A stretch of 64,000 bases of DNA from Lingula anatina (lineage: Eukaryota > Animalia > Brachiopoda). Where the stretch lies: contig CM120641.1 in the NCBI GenBank assembly GCA_051362555.1, positions 14,012,001 through 14,076,000 of the forward strand. The letters are read 5' to 3'. The translations under genes were made by a program, and so were the position numbers. Every line of letters starts with the position of its first letter. Within the stretch, counting starts at the first letter, position 1. Shown in pieces: positions 29,097 to 39,272 of this stretch. Below the pieces are notes generated by a model that was not told the DNA's origin, did not search any database, and saw nothing but the letters and a program-made list of their open reading frames with translations.

Positions 29097-30335
29097 TCAG
29101 TTTTCTACTTCTACATGTTCTAATTCATCGTCCGATTCTTGTTCAACGTTCACACTGTCTCCACTATTACTGTCCAGATCAGTGACAGAGTCATCATTCT
29201 GTTTCAGTTTCTTGCTTTCGTGCGTTTTCACGTGTTTACTTAAATGGTCACTGCGCATGAATCGTTTCCCGCACTCGTGACACGCAAATCGTTTTTCTCC
29301 CGTGTGCGTGCGTAAGTGACGCTGTAACTCGTCTGAACGAGTGAAACTTTTCCCGCAAAATAACCAGTTACAGACAAACGGGCGTTCACCGGCGTGCCAC
29401 CGTAAGTGTGCTTTTAAGTGGGACGTTTTCCCGTACTCCTTCCCACATCCCTGAATGTGACACACGTGCATCTTGCGTTTCTGGGGATCAGAAGAGCTGC
29501 TTGCATTTTGACAATTTGGGCAACGGCATCGTCGACAACGCCTAGTTGTGGGTTTCTGTATGCCAAGAAGGCCTGGAAAGGAAGACTGATACGCCAATTC
29601 AGTGGGTGATGCCTGGCCAAAGATAATGTGAGGTGGGATACCATAGCTTGGCGACAGAGGACCATGTGGAACAGTCACTTTTGTACGTGCAGGCTGGTTT
29701 TGTTGAATGCTCCACCAGTGAGCCTCGGCCTCGGTTGCCGGCGGCGGAGAGAGCTGTTTGGGCAGCTGAGAGGCTGTGTCCAACATGATCGGCACGGACG
29801 TCGTCAAAGGTGGGGTGATATTCGAGGAGTAATTAACCGAGGCTGGTACAGGTAAAGCACCGGCAGACATCAAGCTGGCAGATACACTGTGTTGCACTTG
29901 CATTTGATGGTGATGGTGATGGTGGTGAGGATGATGGGGGTGAGGATGCGGGGACATATGGTGCCGATTCGGCGGGGAATGGCCCGTTGAGTGGTGTAGA
30001 AAATCTAACGTCAAATGCGACAGCCTCTGATCCGTGCCTCTTGTGGCACACGCCAAGTCTCTATTGTAAGAAGCCATAGCGTTATACGTAGACACCGCAT
30101 CGAATCCATGGTTAAAACCTGCGATATCTGACAGTCCCGTTTGCTGCTGGCCACTGCTATGACCACGCCCTTGTTGAGAAGACCAGCCTGGGTGAACATT
30201 CAACGTGTACATGTGAGGGTTCTGTGGGCGGGGGATATCGTGGCCTATGCGCCCACACTGGGCCGCTAACATGGCTAGAGGAGCTGTCGATTTGTGAGGT
30301 TCCACTGTCAAACCTATCTGCCCAAACGGGTGGTC
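29097..30335 (-). CDS. Sp5: Sp5/buttonhead-like zinc-finger transcription factor, main coding exon
   Basis: Sp box [15 protein letters not shown] motif, Sp5-type btd box [12 protein letters not shown], three C2H2 fingers with WHAGERPF and [13 protein letters not shown]. Acceptor ..cttttcag|GAC at 30335, phase 0. Confidence 0.92.
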   Translation of the reverse strand, partial: DHPFGQIGLTVEPHKSTAPLAMLAAQCGRIGHDIPRPQNPHMYTLNVHPGWSSQQGRGHSSGQQQTGLSDIAGFNHGFDAVSTYNAMASYNRDLACATRGTDQRLSHLTLDFLHHSTGHSPPNRHHMSPHPHPHHPHHHHHHHQMQVQHSVSASLMSAGALPVPASVNYSSNITPPLTTSVPIMLDTASQLPKQLSPPPATEAEAHWWSIQQNQPARTKVTVPHGPLSPSYGIPPHIIFGQASPTELAYQSSFPGLLGIQKPTTRRCRRCRCPNCQNASSSSDPQKRKMHVCHIQGCGKEYGKTSHLKAHLRWHAGERPFVCNWLFCGKSFTRSDELQRHLRTHTGEKRFACHECGKRFMRSDHLSKHVKTHESKKLKQNDDSVTDLDSNSGDSVNVEQESDDELEHVEVEN

Positions 30336-31094
30336 CTGAAAAGATGAAATTAATTCAAAATAACTGAAGCTCTTAAAGGTTATATATTTATTTTTGCAAT
30401 AATTTAATAGATAACTCAAGTTTAAATACATACATCAAACAATATTTAATTAAATGCAAATAAAAATTTTAAAACAAGAACATCTATATAACTCTAAGAC
30501 ATTTCAAATTTGCTGAAGATAAAAATTCACTTGTTTTTACAGTCAACTCAATAAAAAAATCCATTTTCTATTGTAATGTTTAATGTTCATCCAGCAAATA
30601 TTGAAAATACAGAAACTTAAACGACTGCATTTCATCATTACAAAAAAGCAATGACCGAATGCCACAAAAAAGAAGGTAAAAATCTAACAATATCGCATAT
30701 GCATTTCAAATTAATTTTCTACATAGTTTTTCATTTACAAATGCATCATGGTATATCAGACCTTTTCATTCCCTGTCCACAGGTTTACGGTTGGAAAATT
30801 AACAGTAGGAATATGATGTAAAATACGTATATACTTTTTTAAGCCATCTAAAACTGCTTGATGTTCAAAAGCCCCCTCCCTTCAAATATTCTTTACCATC
30901 CAGTCTGTTGCGTTTATCACGCACCCAAAAATAAAAACCCTAATGTGGATAAAAAAATTATCAAAACAAATAATCTAACCAATATGTGTTATACAAAATT
31001 TATAAAAATTATCATTCACGTTCATGCAGAATATTTCAGTTCCGAGTTTGCCCTACAGTTTTCTTCAAACGAAAACCGTGGGTTTGTTGGGATC

Positions 31095-33153
31095 ACATCA
31101 AAGCAAAAAGATCAAAGACCGCCAGAGCACGTGTGGTTAGGACGAGCGAATACAGAGAACTCTGCTGGTGCATACCTCGTAGATTAAACGCAAACAAACA
31201 CCTTGCAACTTCTGGATTATGTAATGGCATAAGGAAGTCATGCAATGGGTCCACATTTTAAGGTTTAGGCGTTGTGGCGTGTCTCAGACGTTCCGTGGCC
31301 ATTATTTTGGTCAGATTTTGCATTTTACAGTTGTCATGCTTAGTAAACCCTAACACATTAGAGAGGTTGTATACTAGGTTCTTTAGTACACATGATATTG
31401 TTCTGTGCGTCGTACTGGCAGGAAAAATAAAATCACGCATTTACATTGTTGTTATCCCAATTGAAACAGTACTATTTCATGGCTGAAATTGGTTGATATC
31501 AACAGTTGCACTGCTTGGCTCAACGGAGGTCACTTAGACTTAATATTACATGGTTGTATGTACGTACCTGTAAAGGACGGTGGATATACGGCGACGGAGC
31601 ATGGACTTGGTGTAACACCGCGGGCTGCGCCATTTCTCTATCCAGTCTGAGTACTAGGTCTAGATCTTCTCTTGGGTCTTACACTACCAAGCACACAAAC
31701 TTCTTCGGCAGAATGGCTAATATCTGCAAGAGTTCTTTCAATAAGCAGTAACACTTCAAGCGTTATCACGGAGATCTGAAGATGCCGCCAGCCAATCGGA
31801 GCTCTAGGAGTTATTTTGATGTATACCGCCAACCAATAGTCTCACGCTGTCGGGTGCACTAAAGGAGAATTAAATCCTTTATGTCCATATGCTTCCTGGC
31901 GAGGGGTTGTTGCCGTTTATAATAGAGCTGATTATGCCAATGTTATTAGAGGGGCTGGCAAGGGTGGGCAACTAATCACCTCGTAGGGAATTTATATACA
32001 CAAATAATTGGATTTACGAGATCAAAGGACCGACGCCGACCCTTTAAAGCTGGGATTGGAGGATCAGATCACATGATCAGGAGGGTGCTAAATTAAGGCT
32101 TTGTGTTAAAAGAGTCTGCTTTGTGGACGGTATCGGGCCTTACGTTCATTTACTTGTTAGGTAACTCCAATTGAGTTGAGATAAGTCGCGCCGCCCCAGC
32201 ATGAGGCGTTAAAAAAGAAGGAAGAAAGGCGGAAAGCACACCATATCTCTACTCAACAACTTTAGTGGCCATGTCGTTTTTTAAAGACCGCTATTTGCAG
32301 TTGGACTCCAATTTGTTTACGGTCCCCTATCGATAATTATTTACTGCAGCTTTTAGCTGAAATCAATATGCTTGATCAAAGGTAGTGAGCGCTTTGAGTG
32401 AAGGTACTCGAACCACTAAAATCTAGTGCAATGGAATTACGGCCATTCATGGAAGAACTTCCCGCTCCATTGATAATCTTTCCTTTAAAATTTTGGGGGT
32501 CAAATTTCAAATATTTCAAAATAGCATTTAGCTTTCGGACAGGAATGTTACAGTGGATTCGTCAGGGTGCTGACCATTCCACCGTTCTTCAGGCTACCAT
32601 GAGTACAAATAGTAGAGAATGTTATTTGTCATGCATAGATGTTTTCGCATGTAAACAGAGCCGAGTGTGCTCCGTCAGGTGTGCAACCAGCTTAGTGAGC
32701 GGGCTGTTCAACAAACTTATGCATTTCAGCATGCCAAGTGTGTCAGGTAGGCCAGGACATCAATCACCATCGAGACTTTGAAGCCGAGGGAAGACTTATT
32801 GATTAAATAAGGGCCAGTGATTAAAATGCAATCTTAAACCTCGGCCATCCAGGGAGGTCCCTGCAGGAGGGACGCACAAGAGGCATACTGATATTGGATT
32901 ATACGGATTAGAACACTTGAAGGCGGAGAAGTTCAAACGAGTTGAGTTAATCAGGTGAATAATACCCTCCTTCAGCCTTGCACATTCCTTCGAATCGACC
33001 CTCCGATCAACGCGCCTGTTAAAGAGCCTCAGCGAGACGCGCCGAGGTATCACTGCGCGGACAGTCGTTACATTAACACGATAAAATTTATCTTATTTGT
33101 AAGTACGCCGCCTTGGGTCCGAGCCACCCAACACTAGGCGGCCATCTTCAAAG
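31095..33153. promoter_or_regulatory. Sp5 promoter/intron region with clustered TCF/LEF motifs, GCCGCC helper-like motifs and CCAAT boxes
   Basis: WTCAAAG/CTTTGAW at 31097, 31111, 32021, 32375, 32776 and 33147; GCCGCCA at 31784, GCCGCC at 33107; CCAAT near 31792 and 31833. Confidence 0.55.
31568..31633 (-). CDS. Sp5: First coding exon of Sp5 (MAQPAVLHQVHAPSPYIHRPLQ)
   Basis: gaaATGG context, donor CAG|gtacgt, phase 0; resembles the vertebrate Sp5 N-terminus pattern MA..AVL...LQ|D. Confidence 0.75.
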
Positions 33154-33724
33154 GGTTTTACTTAAGCAAACTGTGAAATCTCCTCCCTGCTCCGCCTTCT
33201 TTGTGACCCCGCTTCCCAGCGTCAATCAAGCTTTTATGCTAGGTATATTTATTTTCACAGTTAAATAACTCGTCAGCAATAGGCACAAGTTCCACGCTTA
33301 GTGAGCGTGCACCAAAAGAATGTTTATTTAGAATTCCGATACATAGTTTGTTATCAAAAGTTTTAACCTATTTCTATGGCACGCCCAAGATACGTACTCT
33401 TGTTCAACTGCACAACCTTCATTGTGTAACAAATTTCTTTAAGCTAGTTTTGAAGCTTGGGGCACTAAGCTGTACTGATGCCATCAATGTAACCTGCATT
33501 TTTGAGGAGTTTGTTGTTTCTTTAATTTCTTAGGTGGGAGGAGGTGTTAAGTTTCATTTGCAGATTACCATTAGTTACGGTGTGGTTGTGACCGCTAGAA
33601 GGCATTTTTACAGGCTACTGTTCTGCACTCGTAGGCGTAACATTCTAAAATAAGATAAATTCCGATTACTGACACTGATTGAAGAAAAATGCATACATAA
33701 TTGATATGACATACATTTACTTAA

Positions 33725-34385
33725 AGGGATAAAAACTGTTCGTATAATATTAATATTTTACAATGAAAACATTGTAAACGTCTCATGGAAATATAATAAA
33801 TTCCATTTTACCACCAAAACACTCATTCTGGAATCTGTGTTTGCCATCAGACCTCAAGGACCTTCATAAATGGTTATACATCTGTAATAACCTCTCAGGA
33901 GATCATTTTTTAAAAATCGTAATTAAAAAAAAAAAAAAATCTTAGAAAAAAAACGGGCTAACTTTTAATGTCGGAATGGATTCATTAAAGGGATAATAAC
34001 TCTTCGTATGAGATCTATATTTCACAATAAAAACATTGTGAATAACTCATAGAAATATAATATATTCTGTTTTACCACAAAAACGGCAGTTATAGCTATT
34101 ATTCTGATATCTGAGCTTGTCTTTAGACCACGTGACCTCCATTGATGGCTATACTATGTTAAAATCTCTTAAGAGATTTTAACAAAAAACCAAACTTTTT
34201 AGAAAAAACCCAGGGACTAACTTTGAATGTAAAAATGGATTCATTAACCATTGGTAAGTATGGGAAAATTGTCGTTCACTCCAGGAAAATTCATTTTTTG
34301 GCCGAAACGAAGAGTTATTATCCCTTTAACCATTGGCATTGGTATATGGGAAAATCCATAGCCATAGCAAACAGTTGTTTTCTTT
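33725..34385. mobile_element. Older, degenerate TTAA-flanked MITE (Kolobok-like termini), interrupted by a younger relative
   Basis: TTAA|AGGGATAAAAACTGTTCG at 33721 and degenerate right end AAACAGTTGTTTTCTTT|TTAA at about 34369-34389; alignable by eye with 33989-34325. Confidence 0.65.
33989..34325. mobile_element. 337-bp MITE with perfect 19-bp TIRs and TTAA target-site duplication (Kolobok-like, RR termini)
   Basis: TTAA|AGGGATAATAACTCTTCGT ... ACGAAGAGTTATTATCCCT|TTAA (TSDs 33985-33988 and 34326-34329). Confidence 0.85.
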
Positions 34386-35114
34386 TTAATATCGAGAGGA
34401 ACTTTGTCTTACCTTTTGTATTTATCAAAATCTACTACTGGTGAAGCTGCGACCAGGAAAAAATAGAAATGCGTTTATAATAAGCCTGAAGAGTTGTCTT
34501 TACAGGCCTATACGCCTTAATGTAGCAACCATTCGGATAATTTTCGTACAGGACAGGTTTAAAAATCAAACACAAGGCTGTAATTTTTAATTTTAAATGA
34601 TGAATATTCTACTTATTGAAAAAACTTTCGGTTTACATTGTTTTCAAGTTTTATTACACTGTTGTTGAAACGTGAACAACAAGATAAGCAGCGGGTTAGT
34701 CTTGACAATCTTTTAATTCCTTTTTAATTCCTTTTTAACTTTTTTTTAGCTGTATTAAAAACTCCTTCGTCGAATTTTATATATAAATGCTATTAAAATA
34801 ATTTTTAGGGTAAACTGTTCAAGTGAAAAATTTAGCTGAATGGGCTTTTCTTACATAATTTCTTACTTGGATCTAAAGGTAGGCCTTTTCAAAAAGGTTT
34901 TCATGAGGGTTATTCTGTATATTATCTTTTACATCTGTCTGGAAACTGAGACATCTGAAGTTAGATGGCGACGGACAGGCTCGTATTCTAGATTATCATT
35001 TGGGATTTTGCTGTGCATGCCATGCAGACGTAGACCTAGCTATCCTGTGGCCAAGTATCGTAGCAGCTTTCCTAAACATAAATGAAGTTTAAACTATCAA
35101 ACACAAGCCGAAAA

Positions 35115-35224
35115 ACTTTCATACCGTAAGCTTACGGCCGACCTGGACGTAGGCCTTCATTAGACTGATGTGAGTAAATGTTGTTATAGCGGCCGGGACT
35201 CTCTTATAAATGTCAGGTAGATCG

Positions 35225-35258
<34 letters not shown>

Positions 35259-35405
35259 CCCTATTCATTGTGGCTGGTGACGGCTGATGTTGATAGCCTC
35301 TTCGTAAGTGGGAAGTCAGATGACTCGGATTCCAGATTTAAGGATCTTGGTTGAATTCCAGTCAATACTGTGGCCGGTGTCTATAACATGTATAAAAAAT
35401 GGCAA
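35115..35405 (-). mobile_element. Decayed 3' fragment of a Penelope-like retroelement (GIY-YIG endonuclease C-terminus plus hammerhead-like motif)
   Basis: Minus-strand translation HVIDTGHSIDWNSTKILKS..*..EEAINISRHQP, frameshift, MNR, a G31 run, then DLPDIY. This resembles PLE GIY-YIG tails. It is followed by CTAATGAAGGCC-N12-GGCCGTAAGCTTA. Confidence 0.7.
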
Positions 35406-35877
35406 TTTACTGAACATTTTGCTTACTTTCCTAAACAGTTTTGATTGACGTCCAAATAGCATAATCTTCTGCTGACTTTTTTTTTCAAATGAACAATTTC
35501 CGCCACAGGTTCTCTTCGGTCAGGTGAAACGAAAAAGAAGGCCCGTGTAACAAATATTCCACCCTCCTTTTAATTATAATGGTAAGGGTTTACCCTCTAC
35601 CAGGGCTACAGATTGATTTTTCACAGGATATTCACAGAAATGTCTTTAGATAAATATAGACGGTCATTTTACTATCTGATTTTCGGATTTTCCCATTTTT
35701 CCCTACATAATCTGCCACCCTGGTAGGCTACAGTGGTAGAAGGTAGTAAGGATTAGCCTGACTTTAAGCGGGTCAAATTCTATGGTGAGCTACCTGTACA
35801 AATGAATGGGAAAGGGACTGTCACGTTACGTTTTAAGAAAATAATTTAGTTCTAAATGACTGACCAGTCACGATTCA

Positions 35878-36099
35878 CCCCATTCCCAGAGATTAGATCG
35901 ATTCAACTAGATCGACCTAACTCCCTGGGGGTTCACGCTAAATACCTGTCAGCTGAGCGGGCACGAAAGTTAATTACCCCCCTAATTACAGCTTGTAGTA
36001 GGCGGGACGGACATATAGGCCTAAGCCGGATTATCTGACAGTAATCTAGTGAGACTCCCCACGGGGATAGATCGATCTAAAATCTATGGGAATGCACCC
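35878..36099. mobile_element. MITE-like element copy A (PIF/Harbinger-like TIRs)
   Basis: Inverted ends CATTCCCAGAGATTAGATCGAT ... ATCGATCTAAAATCTATGGGAATGCACCC; nearly duplicated at 36145-36357. Confidence 0.6.
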
Positions 36100-36144
36100 T
36101 TGTCTATACATGGACAAAATTATGATTCGTTATTATGTCCAACA

Positions 36145-36357
36145 CCCCATTTCCATAGATTAGATCGACCTACTTTAGATCGACCTAACTCCCTGGGGGT
36201 TCACGCTAAATAGCTGTCAGCCGGGCGGACACGAAAGTTAATTACCCCTTACAGCTTGTAGTAGGCGGGGACGGACACTTAAGGGGGATTATCTGGCAGT
36301 AATCTAGTGAGACTCCCCGCGGTGATAGATCGATCTAAAGTTGTGGGAATAGACCCC
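36145..36357. mobile_element. MITE-like element copy B (tandem relative of copy A)
   Basis: Shares long blocks with copy A (TAGATCGACCTAACTCCCTGGGGGTTCACGCTAAATA; CAGTAATCTAGTGAGACTCCCC); ends in TGGGAATAGACCCC. Confidence 0.6.
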
Positions 36358-36615
36358 AAGGTCTGTGCCTGTAATTTCGTGTAGGCCTACAATTGTCATC
36401 AAGAAATATAAGGTTTTTCAAGTCAGAGACGAGAAAATAGTTTTGCAGGACATATGTACATACAAAAACACGACTATTTGATATTTATAACATAGATAAT
36501 TTTCTTCAGTCTACACTCAAAATGAGTAACAATTTGATTTGTCAGGTAAGGATATGGATGACAAATATGATCCACGTTTCTTATACATCGTTTTGACCCA
36601 TTTTTGGCGGGAACA

Positions 36616-36697
36616 GTCATGATGGCCGAGTGGTTAAGGCGTTTGACTCGAAATCAAATGGGCTCTGCCCGCACAGGTTCGAATCCTGTTCATGACG
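36616..36697 (+). tRNA. tRNA-Ser(CGA)
   Basis: GTCATGA acceptor stem, TGGCCGAGTGGTTAAGGC D arm, TTTGA-CTCGAAA-TCAAA anticodon arm, long variable arm, GGTTCGAATCC T loop; 82 nt with T-runs downstream. Confidence 0.96.
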
Positions 36698-36994
36698 ATT
36701 CACTTTTACGTTCTTTTCTTTTGCTTTTTCCTGTCAGGGTTAAAGGCGACTTTCGAGAAAGATGCAGTTTTTTTTCTATTCGTTTTGATAAAAAAAAAAA
36801 AAAAAAACATACGTTAAAGTGCTATTACGTATTAATTAACATACGTAAGTGTTGTAATGTAATAAAATGGATTAATCATCTTAATTTTGTAAAAATTAAA
36901 ACAACAATTTAGTTCAATAACAAAAGTGAAGTAGAACACTGATTATTGAAACAAACGAAAAGAAATTTTAAGAGTGGAGAAAAAATGATTCGTC

Positions 36995-37066
36995 TAGCAG
37001 AGCTAGGTTTCGATCCTAGGACCTCGGGGTTATGGGCCCCGCACGCTTCCACTGCGCCACTCTGCT
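36995..37066 (-). tRNA. Initiator tRNA-Met(CAT)
   Basis: AGCAGAGTGGCGCAGTGGAAGCGTGCGGGGCCCATAACCCCGAGGTCCTAGGATCGAAACCTAGCTCTGCTA: A1-U72 pair, G-C run in the anticodon stem and ATCGAAA T loop are eukaryotic initiator hallmarks; T5 terminator follows. Confidence 0.96.
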
Positions 37067-37255
37067 GATTACAACAACTTAGGCGTTTTTTACATACAGA
37101 TACATTTGTGTTTGCATGGTGTCAAAGTAATATACAATTTTTTTAGTTTTTAATCAGTTTGATATTTTCAAAGAAATAATATAACGAAACTTTGTTTTTT
37201 TATTCATAAGTAACTGTGTTTCCCTATTTAGTAAAATATTTTCGAGTTTAGCAAC

Positions 37256-37264
37256 ACTTCCGGT
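37256..37264 (+). promoter_or_regulatory. ETS/GABP-type motif ACTTCCGGT in the PTAR1 promoter
   Basis: Exact motif about 165 bp upstream of the PTAR1 ATG; motif match only. Confidence 0.35.
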
Positions 37265-37425
37265 AATGCTTCTGTAGCCCAGCGATTTGACCCAATTATT
37301 TCTATACCGGACGAGGAAAGTAATTTTCGCTTGAACAAAAGGTTTTTAAAGGTAAACGTTAATAGCTTACTATGCCACATGGTCATATCTATACAATATG
37401 AAGGGATTTTAACGATTAAAAAACT

Positions 37426-39272
37426 ATGGAAAACTCGGAAACAGAGAACAGGGCTATCCGAGTTTTGTCGGATTTAGATGCAGCATTTCGTCGCCATCCA
37501 GATATTTCAGAGTTTGATATTTTGCCCGTCAAAGAACCAGAATCCAACCGAAGTCCAATTATCGTAGCAGAATTAGCACTGGGAATGGAGCTGTGGAGTG
37601 CTAGGTTGGTGTACATTTATTGCTATGGAAAACTGATGAAATGGAGGTCCCATGCCAGTGGATGTCACCTCTTGCACAGTACAAGGTACAAGTATATGTT
37701 GTTTGCCAGTGGTGTCACTCACATTGGAACATGTCTGAGAGTGTCATCTGCCATATAAGACAAATTGAACTCTGCTTGCCCTGTTCACTCTCCCCACGTA
37801 GTGCATGCTTGTGTCACTCCGACATACCAGTATTTTATTTCAAAATATGTACGGTAACAGCTTTTAGTTAATGAAACTTAGCTAAAAATTGGTTTTTAAA
37901 GGGACCTAAATGCAATTATTTGAAGTAAACTTAATCACTTCCTGACCAACCTTGCCACCTACCTGTCAACCATATTTGAAAAGAAACAGTTAACAAATTT
38001 TTGCTTTTTAATTAATAATGGGTATGCTTCCCCTATCACTTTTAAAAGCACTTTTAATTACATATGATTGTGCAGTCTCCAATGCATTTGATTCAGTTAT
38101 TTCAATTTTGGTTGAAGAAAATCATTTTTTCTTAAGCAAGCTTAACTATAAAAGACTATCATGACACACTGTAGTTTGAATTGTGCACATCCTGGAAACG
38201 TGCTGATCTTTATTCTTGTTAATCCCCATATATGCTTATTTTTGCAGATTCTGTTTAAGATATACTTGTTTATTATCATATCTTGTTTTTTAGGTCAGTT
38301 GATGCAGCCAGAAACATTCTTGAGCCCCCAGAGTTGTTAAGACTTAGCAGGGCTGTTATTCTCATCAACCCAGAATGTTACAGTATCTGGAACATAAGAA
38401 AAGAATTATTGCAGGAGAAACATGTTTCTGTCTATGAAGAACTAAAACTGAGTGCACTTGTACTAAGCAAACACCCTAAAAGTCCTGAGACATTTGCACA
38501 CAGAAAATGGATACTAAGTCTTTCCTGTTTTGGTGCTGACATTGTTGATAATAGTCAAATTGAACCAAATCAGTCTGGAAATCCGTCTTTACGTGTTAGC
38601 CACATCATACCTAGGGTTATGAAATTATCCACAGAGGAGCTGAAAGCTTTGATTAATGAAGAGATGAGGGTGTGTACCATGGCAGCTGAAAAATATGCAA
38701 ATAACTACAATGCATGGAGTCACAGAATATGGGTCATAATCAACCTCTTTAACTGTAACAAGCAATTCATAATGGCTGAATATGAAAACACCAGAAGTTA
38801 TGTCTCTATGCATGTATCAGATCACAGTGGATTCCACTATAGACAGTTTCTATTGAGTAACGCAGAACAGACATCCAGCATTTTGCAACAAGAACTAGAT
38901 TTTATATCAGAATTGATATCTGTCTACCCTGGCCATGAAGCCCTATGGTACCATAGGAGATTTATCATCCATGCAATGTATAATTTACAGAACATAAGCA
39001 AATCCGATGCAGTTATTGACACTTCCAGTTCAACTGAAGGAGAAGACTTACTCATACCATATGATTATCAAACAGTGAATGTGATGGATCACTGTTTGGT
39101 ACCACAGTCATCAAAATGTGCAAAAAAATTGAAGATTGATGATTCTGGTATTCTCAAAAGTGAGATTACAAAAATTGAACTGATAATAGATAGCGAGCCA
39201 GATAACTCATGGCAGCAACAGTTGGCAAAAGCTTATATGAAATGGATAAAACAGTATCAGAGCAGAACTTGA
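37426..39272 (+). CDS. PTAR1: Protein prenyltransferase alpha subunit repeat-containing protein 1; join(37426..37685,38294..39272), 412 aa
   Basis: PPTA-repeat motifs (LINPECYSIWNIRKE, KHPKSPETFAHRKW, NYNAWSHRIW, HVSDHSGFHYRQF, YPGHEALWYHRR); phase-2 GT-AG intron joins the two ORFs in frame. Confidence 0.9.

Noticed and set aside
36604-36912. 102-aa ORF
   Set aside because: Overlaps the tRNA-Ser gene and an A-run; spurious.
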